Below are positions 17,901 to 27,657 of a stretch of 51,185 nt of DNA, one piece after another (positions within the stretch are counted from its first letter, which is position 1; every line of letters starts with the position of its first letter). The stretch covers positions 1 to 51,185 of the forward strand of contig JANRJA010000179.1 of assembly GCA_033764315.1 (NCBI GenBank). Reading direction: 5' to 3'. The stretch comes from Oculatellaceae cyanobacterium bins.114. GTDB taxonomy: Bacteria; Cyanobacteriota; Cyanobacteriia; Elainellales; Elainellaceae. Under the pieces are notes generated by a model. It ran no database searches and had not been told where the DNA came from. It was given only the letters and a program-made list of their open reading frames with translations. The translations under genes were made by a program, and so were the position numbers.

Positions 17901-20496
17901 TCATTTCATCTCCTATAAATTTCCTATTCCCCAGACTTCTGAGAAAAAGCTGCTGGGAGGCATGTCCTTAGATGTGACAGCACGCTATCACACTGAAATG
18001 GCTCTGCGAGAAAGTGAAGAACGGCTACGGCTCGCTTCAGAGGGTGCCAACCTGGGCATGTGGTATTGGGATGTGGAAGCCGATACGTGGATCTGGACAG
18101 ACCGTGCCAAAGCCATGTTTGGGTTACCGATTGACACACAAATCTCCATGCAGGTGTTTTTAGAAGCCGTGCATCCTGACGATCGCGCCTATGTGCAAAC
18201 GATTGTCACTGATTTGAAAGTAGGTCAGGTTCATACCGAAGGGGAATATCGCACCCAGTGGGCAGATGGCACTGTCCGCTGGATTTTAGCTAGAGGAGAT
18301 TACTCCTATAGTGCTGATGGAACGCTAACCTCGACTCGGGGTGTCTTTATGGATATCACTGAACGCAAGCGCATGGAGCAGGCATTGCGCGACAGTGAAG
18401 CAAGTTTTCGTTTGATTGTCGAGAGTGCTAAAGATTATGCCATCTTTACCCAGGATTTAGACGGCTACATCACTCGTTGGAACTCTGGTGCAGAGCGATT
18501 GTTGGGTTACACCGAAGCAGACATTGTCGGACAGTTGGGGCATGTCATTTTCACCCCCGAAGACCGCGATCGCCAGCAACCTGAACAAGAGATGTATCTC
18601 GCCCTGACCCAAGAACGAGCCGAAAATGAACGATGGTATGTGCGACAAGATGGCAGTCGTTTTTTGGGCAGTGGTTTGATGATGCCCTTGCGGGATGAAG
18701 TCAATTGCATTCAAGGGTTCCTCAAAATTATGCAAGACAAAACCGCAGAGCGACAGGCAGCACAAGCCCTGCAAGAAGGGAGCGATCGCCTGCGACTGCT
18801 ATATGAAACGGTGAGTGACTTGCTGTCTACAGAAGAGCCGATGACCTTGATGAACACGCTCTATCACAAGCTCTCCGCTCAAATGGATTTAGACTGTTAT
18901 TACCATTTCATGTTGACCGAACATCAGGGTCAACAAATGCTGCATCTCAAGCACTCCAACGGAATTTCGGATGCCGATGCTAAAGCATTAGCGTGGATTG
19001 AGTTAGGTCAAGCCCTCTGTGGCTTGGTGGCTCTAGAACGTCGCCAAATTACTCTCAATCAAGCTCAAATATTCACCCATCCTAACGCTCAAGGAATCTG
19101 CTCAATGGGTGCAACTGCCTATGCAGGTCAGCCTTTAATTGCTCAAGGACGATTGTTAGGCACCCTATCTTTTATCAGTCGTCGCCGCACTCAATTTACC
19201 ACTGAAGAAATTAACCTACTGCAAGCCATCTCAGATCAAGTCGCTGTTGCCCTCGATCGCGCTGCCCTGGTGGACTCCTTGCAACAACAGAGAGAGCAGT
19301 TAATTCAGGCAAACCGAATTAAAGATGAATTTCTCGCAGTGGTGTCTCATGAACTGCGATCGCCCCTCAACCCCATCTTGGGTTGGTCAAGGCTCCTTCA
19401 AACTCAACAGTTTGATCAAGCTAAAACGGCTCAAGCCCTCAGCATTATCGAACGCAATGCTAAGTTGCAGGCTGAACTGATCAATGATCTGCTCGATGTC
19501 TCGCGCATTTTACAAGGCAAACTCAGCCTTAATACTCACCCAGTCGATCTGGCTTCTACAATTCAAGCTGCTTTAGAAACGGTACGTCTAGCCGCTGAGA
19601 CAAAGTCGATTCAACTAGAAACTCGGTTTGCACCTAATGTTGGGTTTGTTGCAGGAGATGCCAGTCGATTACAGCAAATCGTTTGGAATCTCCTCTCAAA
19701 TGCAGTCAAATTCACGCCTGACGGTGGACGAGTAGAGGTGAAATTAGAGAGTTACGAGGTTTCAGCATTGAACTCTTCGTTAAAAGCCGTCACTCCACCC
19801 TCCAACCCCAAAACTCAAACATTACAAAGATATGCCCAAATCACTGTCACCGATACAGGTAAGGGAATTCCGCCTGAGTTCTTGCCCCACGTGTTTGAGT
19901 ACTTCCGACAAGCGGATGCCACAACCACTCGAAAATTGGGTGGATTGGGATTAGGATTGGCGATTGTCCGCTATTTAGCAGAACTGCATGGCGGGACAGT
20001 CCAGGCAGAAAGCTCTGGTGAAAACCAAGGAGCGACTTTTACGGTCAAACTGCCGCTGATGTCATTGCAACCCGCACCAACCGCAGACACAAGTTCGTCC
20101 GATCAACCGCTCGATTTACATGACATCCGGGTTTTAGTCGTGGATGACGATGACAGTACCCGTGAGTTTATTGCCTTTTTGTTAAATCTGCGTGGAGCAA
20201 CCGTGACAGCCGTTGCATCTGCTAGTGATGCGATCGCCGCTCTCGTTCAAGTTAAGCCCGATGTGTTGTTGAGTGACATCGGTATGCCAGAGATGGATGG
20301 GTATATGTTGATGCGGCAGGTGAGAACTTTATCCTCCGAGCAGGGAGGGCAGGTTCCTGCCATTGCTCTGACTGCCTATGCTGGGGAAATTAACCATCAA
20401 CAGGCGATCGCAGCGGGTTTTCAAAAACATATTTCAAAACCAGTTGAACCTGAGCAATTGATTGAGGCGATCGCTAGCTTAGTTCGCCCATGTTGA
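14902..20496 (+). CDS. Double hybrid sensor histidine kinase (PAS-GAF-HK-REC-4xPAS-GAF-HK-REC)
   Basis: Two H-boxes (SHEFRTPL, SHELRSPL), two HATPase domains (NLLSNA, GxGxGL), two REC domains (LLTDVMMP, LLSDIGMP), HPDD PAS/PAC repeats. Confidence 0.95.
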   Translation: MTQDAETTVAETLFIGGGEMGALMRSYDWSKTPFGAVEQWPQSLRSALSICLNSRFPIAIYWGSSCLLLYNDAWRPIVGDKHPWSLGRPGQEVWSEIWDDIGPEFASVLATGEGIFHNDELLAMHRFGYTEECFFDYTFSPIQGEGGTIDGVFNVVSETTYRVLSDRRTQFLREMASKTGTAKTVEETCRLMTEALKTDPTDIPIALIYLIDADGNYARLCNTPEVTLDSSVAPRAIALTEESQDSWLVALTAQTAQAQVVDDLERRFGKLSGSPWSEPPQEAMVLPISGSGQAKLSGVLVAVASPRRRLDDHYRDFLGQVARQIATAIANARSYEEERQRAEQLAELDRAKTLFFSNISHEFRTPLTLMLGPAEDALQDAQDAEQRDRLELIHRNALRLQKLVNTLLDFSRIEAGRIEATYQLTDLATLTADLAGVFRAGIERAGMRLQVDCPPLPEPVYVDRDMWEKIVLNLLSNAFKFTFEGEIRVRLHWGDRASISPHDSASSYGAILEVCDTGAGIPPHEVPHIFERFHRVQGARGRTYEGSGIGLSLVQELVKLHGGTIQVHSVVEQGTCFTVTIPAGSDHLPSHRIEAPHTAASTAIGAAPYIEEALRWLPEQEREGEGEGGWIGEELAQTPQSMPSSAHRPRLLLADDNADMRDYLKRLLSQHYDVEAIADGVAVLAAIRQQMPDLLLTDVMMPGLNGFELLRSLRADQATQDLPIILLSARAGEEARIEGLAAGADDYLTKPFSARELLARVEATLKLSHLRHEVNAAIQRSEERSRLAIQIAQLGTWRYDPKTQLVELDKRMCEIWGEPVDAAVLPLSQVMQRIHPDDRTLVAHTVGAALDPSSSGMYEIDYRIVWNDGTERWILANGQALFVGEGENRQVIEFLGTALDISDRKQAETALKESQALFEAFMRYSPATAFIKDETGRYLYVNPLNERLCNRPLADWVGKTDFDLFPADEAQQWHHNDLAALASEQAIEIAETRSLADGEHHFISYKFPIPQTSEKKLLGGMSLDVTARYHTEMALRESEERLRLASEGANLGMWYWDVEADTWIWTDRAKAMFGLPIDTQISMQVFLEAVHPDDRAYVQTIVTDLKVGQVHTEGEYRTQWADGTVRWILARGDYSYSADGTLTSTRGVFMDITERKRMEQALRDSEASFRLIVESAKDYAIFTQDLDGYITRWNSGAERLLGYTEADIVGQLGHVIFTPEDRDRQQPEQEMYLALTQERAENERWYVRQDGSRFLGSGLMMPLRDEVNCIQGFLKIMQDKTAERQAAQALQEGSDRLRLLYETVSDLLSTEEPMTLMNTLYHKLSAQMDLDCYYHFMLTEHQGQQMLHLKHSNGISDADAKALAWIELGQALCGLVALERRQITLNQAQIFTHPNAQGICSMGATAYAGQPLIAQGRLLGTLSFISRRRTQFTTEEINLLQAISDQVAVALDRAALVDSLQQQREQLIQANRIKDEFLAVVSHELRSPLNPILGWSRLLQTQQFDQAKTAQALSIIERNAKLQAELINDLLDVSRILQGKLSLNTHPVDLASTIQAALETVRLAAETKSIQLETRFAPNVGFVAGDASRLQQIVWNLLSNAVKFTPDGGRVEVKLESYEVSALNSSLKAVTPPSNPKTQTLQRYAQITVTDTGKGIPPEFLPHVFEYFRQADATTTRKLGGLGLGLAIVRYLAELHGGTVQAESSGENQGATFTVKLPLMSLQPAPTADTSSSDQPLDLHDIRVLVVDDDDSTREFIAFLLNLRGATVTAVASASDAIAALVQVKPDVLLSDIGMPEMDGYMLMRQVRTLSSEQGGQVPAIALTAYAGEINHQQAIAAGFQKHISKPVEPEQLIEAIASLVRPC

Positions 20497-20797
20497 TCAA
20501 TGAGTCAGCACAGCAGTCAAAAAGCAGTCAAAAAGCACTAATTTTTTGTCTACGGGTAAAGCACTTGGCAGAGATATTACCCAGTTTCCATTGCAATCTC
20601 ACTGGCGGGCGAAGAACATGGAGAGAAAGTTCTCATCATGAGAATTGCTGCTTTGAGGGGCGATCGCTCTCCTCAGATAGACTAATGGGATAGGATGTGG
20701 ATTGGTGAAAGAGTGAACTGTGTTGATAGAGTCAGAGTTAGCAAAAGCAAGTCGCTGAAGGAGGAGAGGAAAGCGCATCCTTGCTCCACACTGTAAA

Positions 20798-20898
20798 GGC
20801 ATTGCTGATCGAATGTATAAATTTCGTAAGGGCATTTCGCGAAACGCCCCTGCTATCAGGATCAACGTTTGTGAATCATACCCACATTCAGCAACGCC
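20798..20898. mobile_element. MITE-like element, copy 2, containing a REP-like palindrome
   Basis: TIR GGCATTGCTGA...TCAGCAACGCC flanked by CTGTAAA (20791-20797 and 20899-20905); internal GTAAGGGCATTTCGCGAAACGCCCCTGC. Confidence 0.75.
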
Positions 20899-20925
20899 CT
20901 GTAAATCACTGATCACGGCAAATCT

Positions 20926-23900
20926 ATGAAGCTACACCCTGGTTCACTCTGGTTTATCAGTTGCATGATTTTACAGGGCTGGCTATCGCCTAAACTCGTG
21001 CTGGCACAAGTCATTCCCGATGGCACAACACCTACCATTGCAGGTGCTTGTGGAACCGTTTGTACGATTACCGGAGGCACAGCCAGAGGGGCAAATCTGT
21101 TTCATAGCTTTCAAGACCTCAATGTCAATGAGGGGCAGCAAGTTCGCTTTGCCAATCCGGTTGGTGTTGCTAACATTCTGAGCCGCGTAACGGGTAACAA
21201 TCCCTCTAGCATCTTGGGAACGCTGGGGGTTAATGGGGCCGCCAACTTATTTTTGCTCAACCCTAATGGCATTATTTTTGGCCCCAATGCTCGACTAGAT
21301 ATTCGCGGATCATTTTTGGCAAGTACCGCAGACCGTTTTGTGTTTACCGATGGCAGTGACTTCAGTGCGGTGAACCCTCAAGCACCGCCGCTATTAGCCA
21401 TTAATGTGCCCGTCGGCTTGCAATATGGCACCGAAACCCCAGGAGTGATTCGCAGTCAAGCAACACTCAGAGTTGATCCAGGACAGAATTTGACCCTGGC
21501 CGGTGGAGCGATTCAGTTAGAGGGGGGTCGCTTGTTTGCACCAGGAGGACGGATTGAATTGGGAGCAGTTGCAGGAACCGGAACCGTTGTCCTGAGGGAT
21601 GGTTTTGACTTAAGTGCACTACCGTCATTGACACAAACCGATATTACATTGACCAATGCAGCGGAGGTGAATGTACGAGCTGACACCGGGGGTGATATTG
21701 CGATCGCCACCCATAATCTTGATCTGTTAGACAGCAGTCGAATTCGGGCAGGCATTGAAGGAACAGGCTTTGTCGGCAGTCAGGCGGGCGATATTCACAT
21801 CAATGCAACTGGGTCTGTGCGACTTGGTGGAGCCAGTGGGATCTCTAATGCAGTGCTAGATTTTGCCACTGGAAATGGGGGAGATATCTGGATTACGGCT
21901 GATTCACTCACCCTCAATGACAACTCGTTTGTAAATGCGACCGTCTTAGACTTTGCTCAAGGGAATGTGGGCGATGTTGTGATTGACACCAACTCTCTTG
22001 CAGTCGCCCGTGACTCTCTAATTGCGGCAAGTGCCTTTGGCTCTCAAGGAAATGGGGGAAATGTTGCTATCACTACAGGTTCATTGGTCATTGCCGATCG
22101 GTCTTTTGTCAGCGCAGATGCCTTCCCCAATGAGGCTGAAGCCTTTCCTAATCCTAAGAGCGCAGGAACGGTGACGATTCGAGCGACAGATGCAGTTACC
22201 CTGCTTAACCAAAGTGAGATCTCTGCCTTTTCTAATCTCGGCAATGGTGGAGATGTCTTGATTGAAGCTGGAGAGTTCTTTGCTAATACCAGCAGTATCA
22301 ACAGTTATGGTATTGGTGGAGATGCAGGCGATGTCACGATTCGAGCCACAGACTCCGTTACCTTAATCGACCCACGTGCTCTTCCTGTGGGAGGAGCCAG
22401 GATTGGGGCGTTTACCCGCGAGTCAGTGGGGCAAGCTGGTCAGATTGTCATTGAAACGGGTGATCTAACGCTGCAAAATTACAATATCATCGCAACATCG
22501 GGCATTGCCGGATTTGCAGGGGCGCGATCGGGGGCAATTGTAGTCAGGGCGACCGGGGCAATTGATTTGAATAACAGTGATCTCTCGGTCGTATCTCTAA
22601 CCGATGGCACAGGAGGTCGTATCTCTATTGAATCTGACAGTCTTATGGTGCGAAATCTCTCACTGGTTGGGGCTAGCGGTATTGAGACGGGTAGCTCTGG
22701 CAATATAGAGATCACAACAGGGCAGTTGAGTGTCCTGTCTGGGGGGCAAATCACGGCTCAGACAGCATCCGCCAACCGAGGTGGAGATTTAACCATTCGA
22801 GCCAGCGATTTTGTAGAGGTGGTCGGCAGTGGCATTGAAACCGCTACTGAGCTTGTAGATCAACCCACAACCTTTTTAAGTAGGATTGGCACGGATAGCA
22901 TTGGCACGGGTAACGCAGGCAATTTAAACATTGATACTCGGCGGTTGTTCATTCGCGATGGGGGGCAAGTGGGTGCTTCTGCCTTTAGGGCAGGTCGAGG
23001 TGGAACGATCACGGTGAATGCTTCTGAATGGGTGGACGTGAGCGGAGTGGCTGAATTATCTGGGATTGAATCAAGCAATTACCTTCCTAGTACTCTGAGT
23101 ACGCTTGCTAGTGAATCTGGAGGTGCCGGAGATGTGTTTATTAATACAGGACGGTTGACCCTGCGAGACGGAGGATTGGTGCTGGCAAGGACGTTTGGTG
23201 CAGGTCACGGTGGACAGATGATCATCAATGCCTCTAACACTGTAGCGATCGTCGGTTTTTCTTCACAGACAGGGATAGCCAGTAGTTTGTTAGTGGATAC
23301 CAGTGGCAGCGGTAATGCTGGGGCATTGGCCATCAACACAGAACGCCTCAGCATTCGAGACGGAGGTGCGATTTTTGCTCAAACCTTTAATGCAGGACGG
23401 GGCGGCAGGGTCAACCTTGCTGTCTCTGATTTAGTTGAGGTGGTTGGCACTTCTAGCAATGGTTTGGCTCGCAGCATAATTAATGTTGGGACAGATCGTG
23501 GAACTGGAGCAGGGGGCAGTTTAGCGATCGCCACGGGTCGTTTAAGCGTGCGCGATGGCGGTCTAATTACCGTTAGCACCGCTGGCGCAGGCAACGCTGG
23601 AGAACTCATGATTAATGCGAATGCAGTAGACGTGGTTGGCACTTCGGCTAATGGTCGATCTCTGAGTGCGATTGTTGCTGAAGTAGGCGCAAATGCGACC
23701 GGAAACGGGGGAGATGTGGCGATCGCCACGGGTCGTTTAAGCATCCGCGATGGCGGTGTTCTTGCCGTCAGCACTTTTGGGGCAGGTGATGCTGGAGAAC
23801 TCGCCATTCAGTCAGACGCCTCTATAGACGTGGTTGGCACTTCGGCTAATGGCAGAACTCGTAGTGCTATTGGTGCTTCAGTAGGTCGGAATGCGACCGG

Positions 23901-24972
23901 AAACGGGGGAGATGTGGCGATCGCCACGGGTCGTTTAAGCGTCCGCAATGGGGGTCTCATTTCGGTCAGCACCTCTGGTAGAGGGAATGCAGGCGAGCTA
24001 ACTATCACAGCAGATGAAGCCGTTGAAGTGGTGGGACGCTCTGCCAATGGTAGGCTTGCGAGTGAGATTGGGGCAGGTACAGGCAGAAATGTCAGGGGTC
24101 GGGGTGGAGACTTGTTGATTAGAACGGGGCAGTTAACCGTTGAAGACAATGCCGAAGTGACAGTCAGCAGTCCAGATGGACAAGCCGGAAACTTAACCAT
24201 CACCGCTAATTCCGTTCGATTAAATCAGGGCAGACTTACGGCTGAGACTGGACGCAGTGGCAATGTAGCCGCCGCCAATCTTGCCTTGCAAGGGGTTGAT
24301 TTGCTGGTGGTGGGCGATCGCAGTCGTATCTCAGCTGAAGCCAATGGGACTGCTAACGGCGGCAACATTACCATTACGGCTCCCAATGGATTTATCATTG
24401 CCACTCCGGGCGCATCTCCAGGAAGCGACATTATCGCCAACGCTGATCGCGGCAATGGCGGCACTATCACCATTGCAACCCAACGATTATTTGGGATTGA
24501 GTTTCGCGATCGCCTCACCCCTGACAATGACATCACAGCAAGTTCTCGCGTTGGCTTAGCCGGAACAGTCGCCATCACAACTCCAGATATTGATCCGAGT
24601 CGGGGTTTAACGCCACTACCCACTAACCTGGTGGATGCTTCCACTCAAATCACTCAAGGATGCAGTGCCAGTGCCATTACAGACGATACCTTGGGGAGTT
24701 TTATCGTCACTGGGCGAGGGGGGTTGCCACAAAATCCTAACGACAGTTTAGAGAGCGAAGATGTCTTAGTCGAGTGGGTCAATAGCAACGAGACAGAGGA
24801 AGGGGCAAGCAGGGACGTTGAAGCGAGGGATGTCGCCCTTCCCTCACCGCCAGTTGTCGAGGCGCAAGGATGGGCGATCGCAAACACTGGGCAAGTGATG
24901 CTCACCGCTCAAGCATCAAACTCCACAACCGATCGTTCCTGGCAAGGCTTGCCCGCTTGCCCTGCCCCATAA
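20926..24972 (+). CDS. Filamentous haemagglutinin-family (TpsA-like) exoprotein
   Basis: Signal peptide ending LAQ; TPS domain NLFHSF...NPNGIIFG; Gly/Asn beta-helix repeats; cyanobacterial C-terminus TGRGGLP...EAQGW. Confidence 0.93.
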   Translation: MKLHPGSLWFISCMILQGWLSPKLVLAQVIPDGTTPTIAGACGTVCTITGGTARGANLFHSFQDLNVNEGQQVRFANPVGVANILSRVTGNNPSSILGTLGVNGAANLFLLNPNGIIFGPNARLDIRGSFLASTADRFVFTDGSDFSAVNPQAPPLLAINVPVGLQYGTETPGVIRSQATLRVDPGQNLTLAGGAIQLEGGRLFAPGGRIELGAVAGTGTVVLRDGFDLSALPSLTQTDITLTNAAEVNVRADTGGDIAIATHNLDLLDSSRIRAGIEGTGFVGSQAGDIHINATGSVRLGGASGISNAVLDFATGNGGDIWITADSLTLNDNSFVNATVLDFAQGNVGDVVIDTNSLAVARDSLIAASAFGSQGNGGNVAITTGSLVIADRSFVSADAFPNEAEAFPNPKSAGTVTIRATDAVTLLNQSEISAFSNLGNGGDVLIEAGEFFANTSSINSYGIGGDAGDVTIRATDSVTLIDPRALPVGGARIGAFTRESVGQAGQIVIETGDLTLQNYNIIATSGIAGFAGARSGAIVVRATGAIDLNNSDLSVVSLTDGTGGRISIESDSLMVRNLSLVGASGIETGSSGNIEITTGQLSVLSGGQITAQTASANRGGDLTIRASDFVEVVGSGIETATELVDQPTTFLSRIGTDSIGTGNAGNLNIDTRRLFIRDGGQVGASAFRAGRGGTITVNASEWVDVSGVAELSGIESSNYLPSTLSTLASESGGAGDVFINTGRLTLRDGGLVLARTFGAGHGGQMIINASNTVAIVGFSSQTGIASSLLVDTSGSGNAGALAINTERLSIRDGGAIFAQTFNAGRGGRVNLAVSDLVEVVGTSSNGLARSIINVGTDRGTGAGGSLAIATGRLSVRDGGLITVSTAGAGNAGELMINANAVDVVGTSANGRSLSAIVAEVGANATGNGGDVAIATGRLSIRDGGVLAVSTFGAGDAGELAIQSDASIDVVGTSANGRTRSAIGASVGRNATGNGGDVAIATGRLSVRNGGLISVSTSGRGNAGELTITADEAVEVVGRSANGRLASEIGAGTGRNVRGRGGDLLIRTGQLTVEDNAEVTVSSPDGQAGNLTITANSVRLNQGRLTAETGRSGNVAAANLALQGVDLLVVGDRSRISAEANGTANGGNITITAPNGFIIATPGASPGSDIIANADRGNGGTITIATQRLFGIEFRDRLTPDNDITASSRVGLAGTVAITTPDIDPSRGLTPLPTNLVDASTQITQGCSASAITDDTLGSFIVTGRGGLPQNPNDSLESEDVLVEWVNSNETEEGASRDVEARDVALPSPPVVEAQGWAIANTGQVMLTAQASNSTTDRSWQGLPACPAP

Positions 24973-24997
24973 CCCTCGCCCATCTAACCTTAGGGAC

Positions 24998-25150
24998 ATG
25001 CAAACCAAGTCCTTTGCAAGTTGTCGCGCATATGGCTTGTTGATCGCGTTTGGGGTAGATAAGATCGACACTGAATACGCACGACTACCAATTGAGTATA
25101 AAGATAGCGACTTGGGACTAGAAGCGACTCAATGGGCTGAACTATGCTGA
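24998..25150 (+). pseudogene. Possible VOC/glyoxalase gene remnant
   Basis: 50-codon frame containing GLLIAFGVDKIDTEYARL, resembling the second half of VOC proteins. Confidence 0.4.
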
Positions 25151-25179
25151 GTTGACGTGCAAATCTTGAGGAGTCATCT

Positions 25180-26361
25180 ATGAAACCCCAATCATCTCCT
25201 GCCTGGATTGGCGTCGCTCTCGCCTTTTATGCGTTCATTGCGATCGGCATTGCCGAGGGCGGTTTGGGGGTGTTGTTACCCTCCATTTTGGTCATATATC
25301 ACTTGACTCCAGCAACCGTGACAGCTTTGTTGGTCAGCCAAATCAGCGGGTATGTGGTGGCAGCTCTGACTAGTAGCCTGTTAAGCCACCGTATTGGGCT
25401 GGCTCGGATGATTTTATTGGCAGCCATAAGCGTGACTAGTGCGCTCTGCATCTATGCGTCAACGACCCATTGGGTTGTTATGGTACTTACCGGAATCCTG
25501 TTGGGCATGGGTATTGGACTGATTGACGCAGGCATTAATACCTTTATGGCACACGATCAGCGCAACGCCAACCTAATGGGATTCTTGCATGCTTTTTATG
25601 GCATTGGGGCATTGTTAGGGCCAGCGATCGCCACGACCTTGCTTACAGTGGGTGTCAATTGGCGATCGATCTATTGGGTCTTTGCTGGGGTGACGGTGGT
25701 GTTAGTAGTGGGAATGATCTGGGCGGTACTCAATTGCTATCCAGGCATGAGAGCATCGGCATTTGTCTCTAATCAGAGTGCCGCCGCTAATTTACGATGG
25801 GTTCTGCAAACTCCAACTGTTTTTGTAGCGGGTTTGTTACTTCTGGTTTACGTAGGCACCGAAGCATCTCTGGGCAATTGGGCGTATGCTGTGCAAACTC
25901 TCGGTCGAGACACCCCTGTGGCAGAGGCAGGCTATAGCGTCATGGCGTATTGGTTGGGATTGACGCTAGGACGATTGAGCATGGGGCAACTGATGAAACC
26001 GATCGGGGCAACTCGCATGATGAATTATTCGTTGGCTTTGTTGACAGTGGGTTTGATGATTTGGTGGTGGTTGCCAAACCAATTGTGGAGTTTACCGTTG
26101 ATTGGATTTTCCCTGGCGGCAATTTTTCCTGTGACCATTTGGCTGATGCCCCGTCGAGTGCCATCAACTATGGTTCCAGCGGCGATCGGGTTTTTAACTA
26201 GCGTGGGCAGTGTGGGTGCAGTGAGCATTCCCACAGCTGTTGGCTGGATCGCAGATAAAGTGGGTCTGGAAACGATTCCAATGTTGATGTTGCCGCTTGC
26301 CATTGTGATGGTGATTTTGCATCGTTGGTTAGAGAAACACGACCGAGTCAATGCCCAGTAG
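25180..26361 (+). CDS. MFS transporter
   Basis: About 12 TM helices; GLIDAGIN, LHAFYGIGALLGP and YVGTE motifs. Confidence 0.92.
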   Translation: MKPQSSPAWIGVALAFYAFIAIGIAEGGLGVLLPSILVIYHLTPATVTALLVSQISGYVVAALTSSLLSHRIGLARMILLAAISVTSALCIYASTTHWVVMVLTGILLGMGIGLIDAGINTFMAHDQRNANLMGFLHAFYGIGALLGPAIATTLLTVGVNWRSIYWVFAGVTVVLVVGMIWAVLNCYPGMRASAFVSNQSAAANLRWVLQTPTVFVAGLLLLVYVGTEASLGNWAYAVQTLGRDTPVAEAGYSVMAYWLGLTLGRLSMGQLMKPIGATRMMNYSLALLTVGLMIWWWLPNQLWSLPLIGFSLAAIFPVTIWLMPRRVPSTMVPAAIGFLTSVGSVGAVSIPTAVGWIADKVGLETIPMLMLPLAIVMVILHRWLEKHDRVNAQ

Positions 26362-26399
26362 GGTCTTCTATCTGATACTGATACTATTTTATTTTTAGG

Positions 26400-27047
26400 A
26401 TGTTCAAGCTAATGAGTGTTCAAGATGCTTATAATCATTGGTCAACTACCTACGATACAGACATTAATCTGACCCGCGACTTAGACCAAGCCGTTACTCG
26501 AAAAACGCTATCAGACTCCAGATTTCAGTCTGTTATAGAACTGGGTTGTGGCACCGGGAAGAACACTCTTTTTCTTGCAGAAATTGCTGAAACAGTTCAC
26601 GCGATGGATTTCTCAGCCAACATGCTTCAGAGAGCAAGAGAAAAAATAGAGTCAACCCTGGAGACGAACAACGTTGTCTTCTCAGTAGCAGATATTACAC
26701 AGTCCTGGGCTTACGACGATCAATCCATTGATCTGATTGTTTGTAATTTAGTACTTGAGCATATCGAAGATCTGTCTTTTATCTTTTCTGAAGCAACTCG
26801 TTGTTTAGTGAAAGGGGGGCGATTCTTTGTGTGTGAGCTTCATCCCTTTAGACAATATCAAGGCAAAAAAGCCAACTTTCAAAAAGGACAAGAAACAGTT
26901 GAGATTTCAGCTTTTGTACATCATATTTCAGACTTTTTTAATGCGGGACAACAGAACGGATTGCAGCTCAATCAATTAAAAGAATGGTGGCACACTCACG
27001 ATCACAATAGTTTGCCAAGACTCATATCGTTTGTGTTTGAGAAATAG
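26400..27047 (+). CDS. Class I SAM-dependent methyltransferase
   Basis: ELGCGTG, MDFSANML, DLIVCNLVLEH and ELHPF motifs. Confidence 0.92.
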   Translation: MFKLMSVQDAYNHWSTTYDTDINLTRDLDQAVTRKTLSDSRFQSVIELGCGTGKNTLFLAEIAETVHAMDFSANMLQRAREKIESTLETNNVVFSVADITQSWAYDDQSIDLIVCNLVLEHIEDLSFIFSEATRCLVKGGRFFVCELHPFRQYQGKKANFQKGQETVEISAFVHHISDFFNAGQQNGLQLNQLKEWWHTHDHNSLPRLISFVFEK

Positions 27048-27096
27048 TGGGTGACAGTACTGACAGGTCACCCTGAAATGGATAGCGATCGCCCAT

Positions 27097-27501
27097 TCAC
27101 GTTGTCACACTGGGATATAGTGTTGCCATTCCTTGAGGTTCGTGGCTGTATTTGCCACTGTGCTGGGGTTGATACGTCTCATTATATAAACAGAGACTAT
27201 CGGGATGTTGCATGACAAATTGCATCATTTGCCGATGGGGTTCCCCACGAAAGAACTGTTTCAGAGCTTGTTCGGAACGCCAATAACTCACCATCACCAC
27301 TTCGTTGGGACCACAAATTCCTGCTTTGACCTGCACACACCCATCAGCATTAGCCGTGGCATTTCTGATCCACGACAAGTTTTTCCACATCCAGAAAAAT
27401 CCGGCGCGATCGCGGGTAACAAAGCCATTGATAAAAACAACCGCATCCAAATGTTCCGACAAATCAATTTGGTAAATCGAATAGCGTTTTGCACTTACCA
27501 T
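27097..27501 (-). CDS. DUF4188-like / ABM-type dimeric alpha-beta barrel protein
   Basis: VVFING, VMVSYWRSEQAL, H..MM and LYNETY pattern; start placed at 27501 because the upstream extension is repeat DNA. Confidence 0.65.
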   Translation of the reverse strand: MVSAKRYSIYQIDLSEHLDAVVFINGFVTRDRAGFFWMWKNLSWIRNATANADGCVQVKAGICGPNEVVMVSYWRSEQALKQFFRGEPHRQMMQFVMQHPDSLCLYNETYQPQHSGKYSHEPQGMATLYPSVTT

Positions 27502-27528
27502 CTCTAGACTCCTTTGCAGCTTTATGCG

Positions 27529-27634
27529 TACAGCAACTGCCCAAATAGTTGGTTTAAAGGGATTTAGGGGCTTTGTCCCCAAGCTAAGGACGGAACTCCT
27601 GCACCCTGTTCTAACCCATTCTTCAGTTGCCAGA
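27529..27634. repeat. Dispersed repeat element related to 4681-4881
   Basis: GCAACTG...CAGTTGC ends and shared CACCCTGTTCTAACC core. Confidence 0.55.
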
Positions 27635-27657
27635 GGGATATTAATCTTGGCGAACTT

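Noticed and set aside
20490-20916. ORFs 20490-20693 (+) and 20599-20916 (-)
   Set aside because: No recognisable motifs; the latter runs through the MITE
21513-24905. Series of antisense ORFs inside the haemagglutinin gene
   Set aside because: Expected shadow frames of a Gly/Ala/Thr-rich repetitive coding strand
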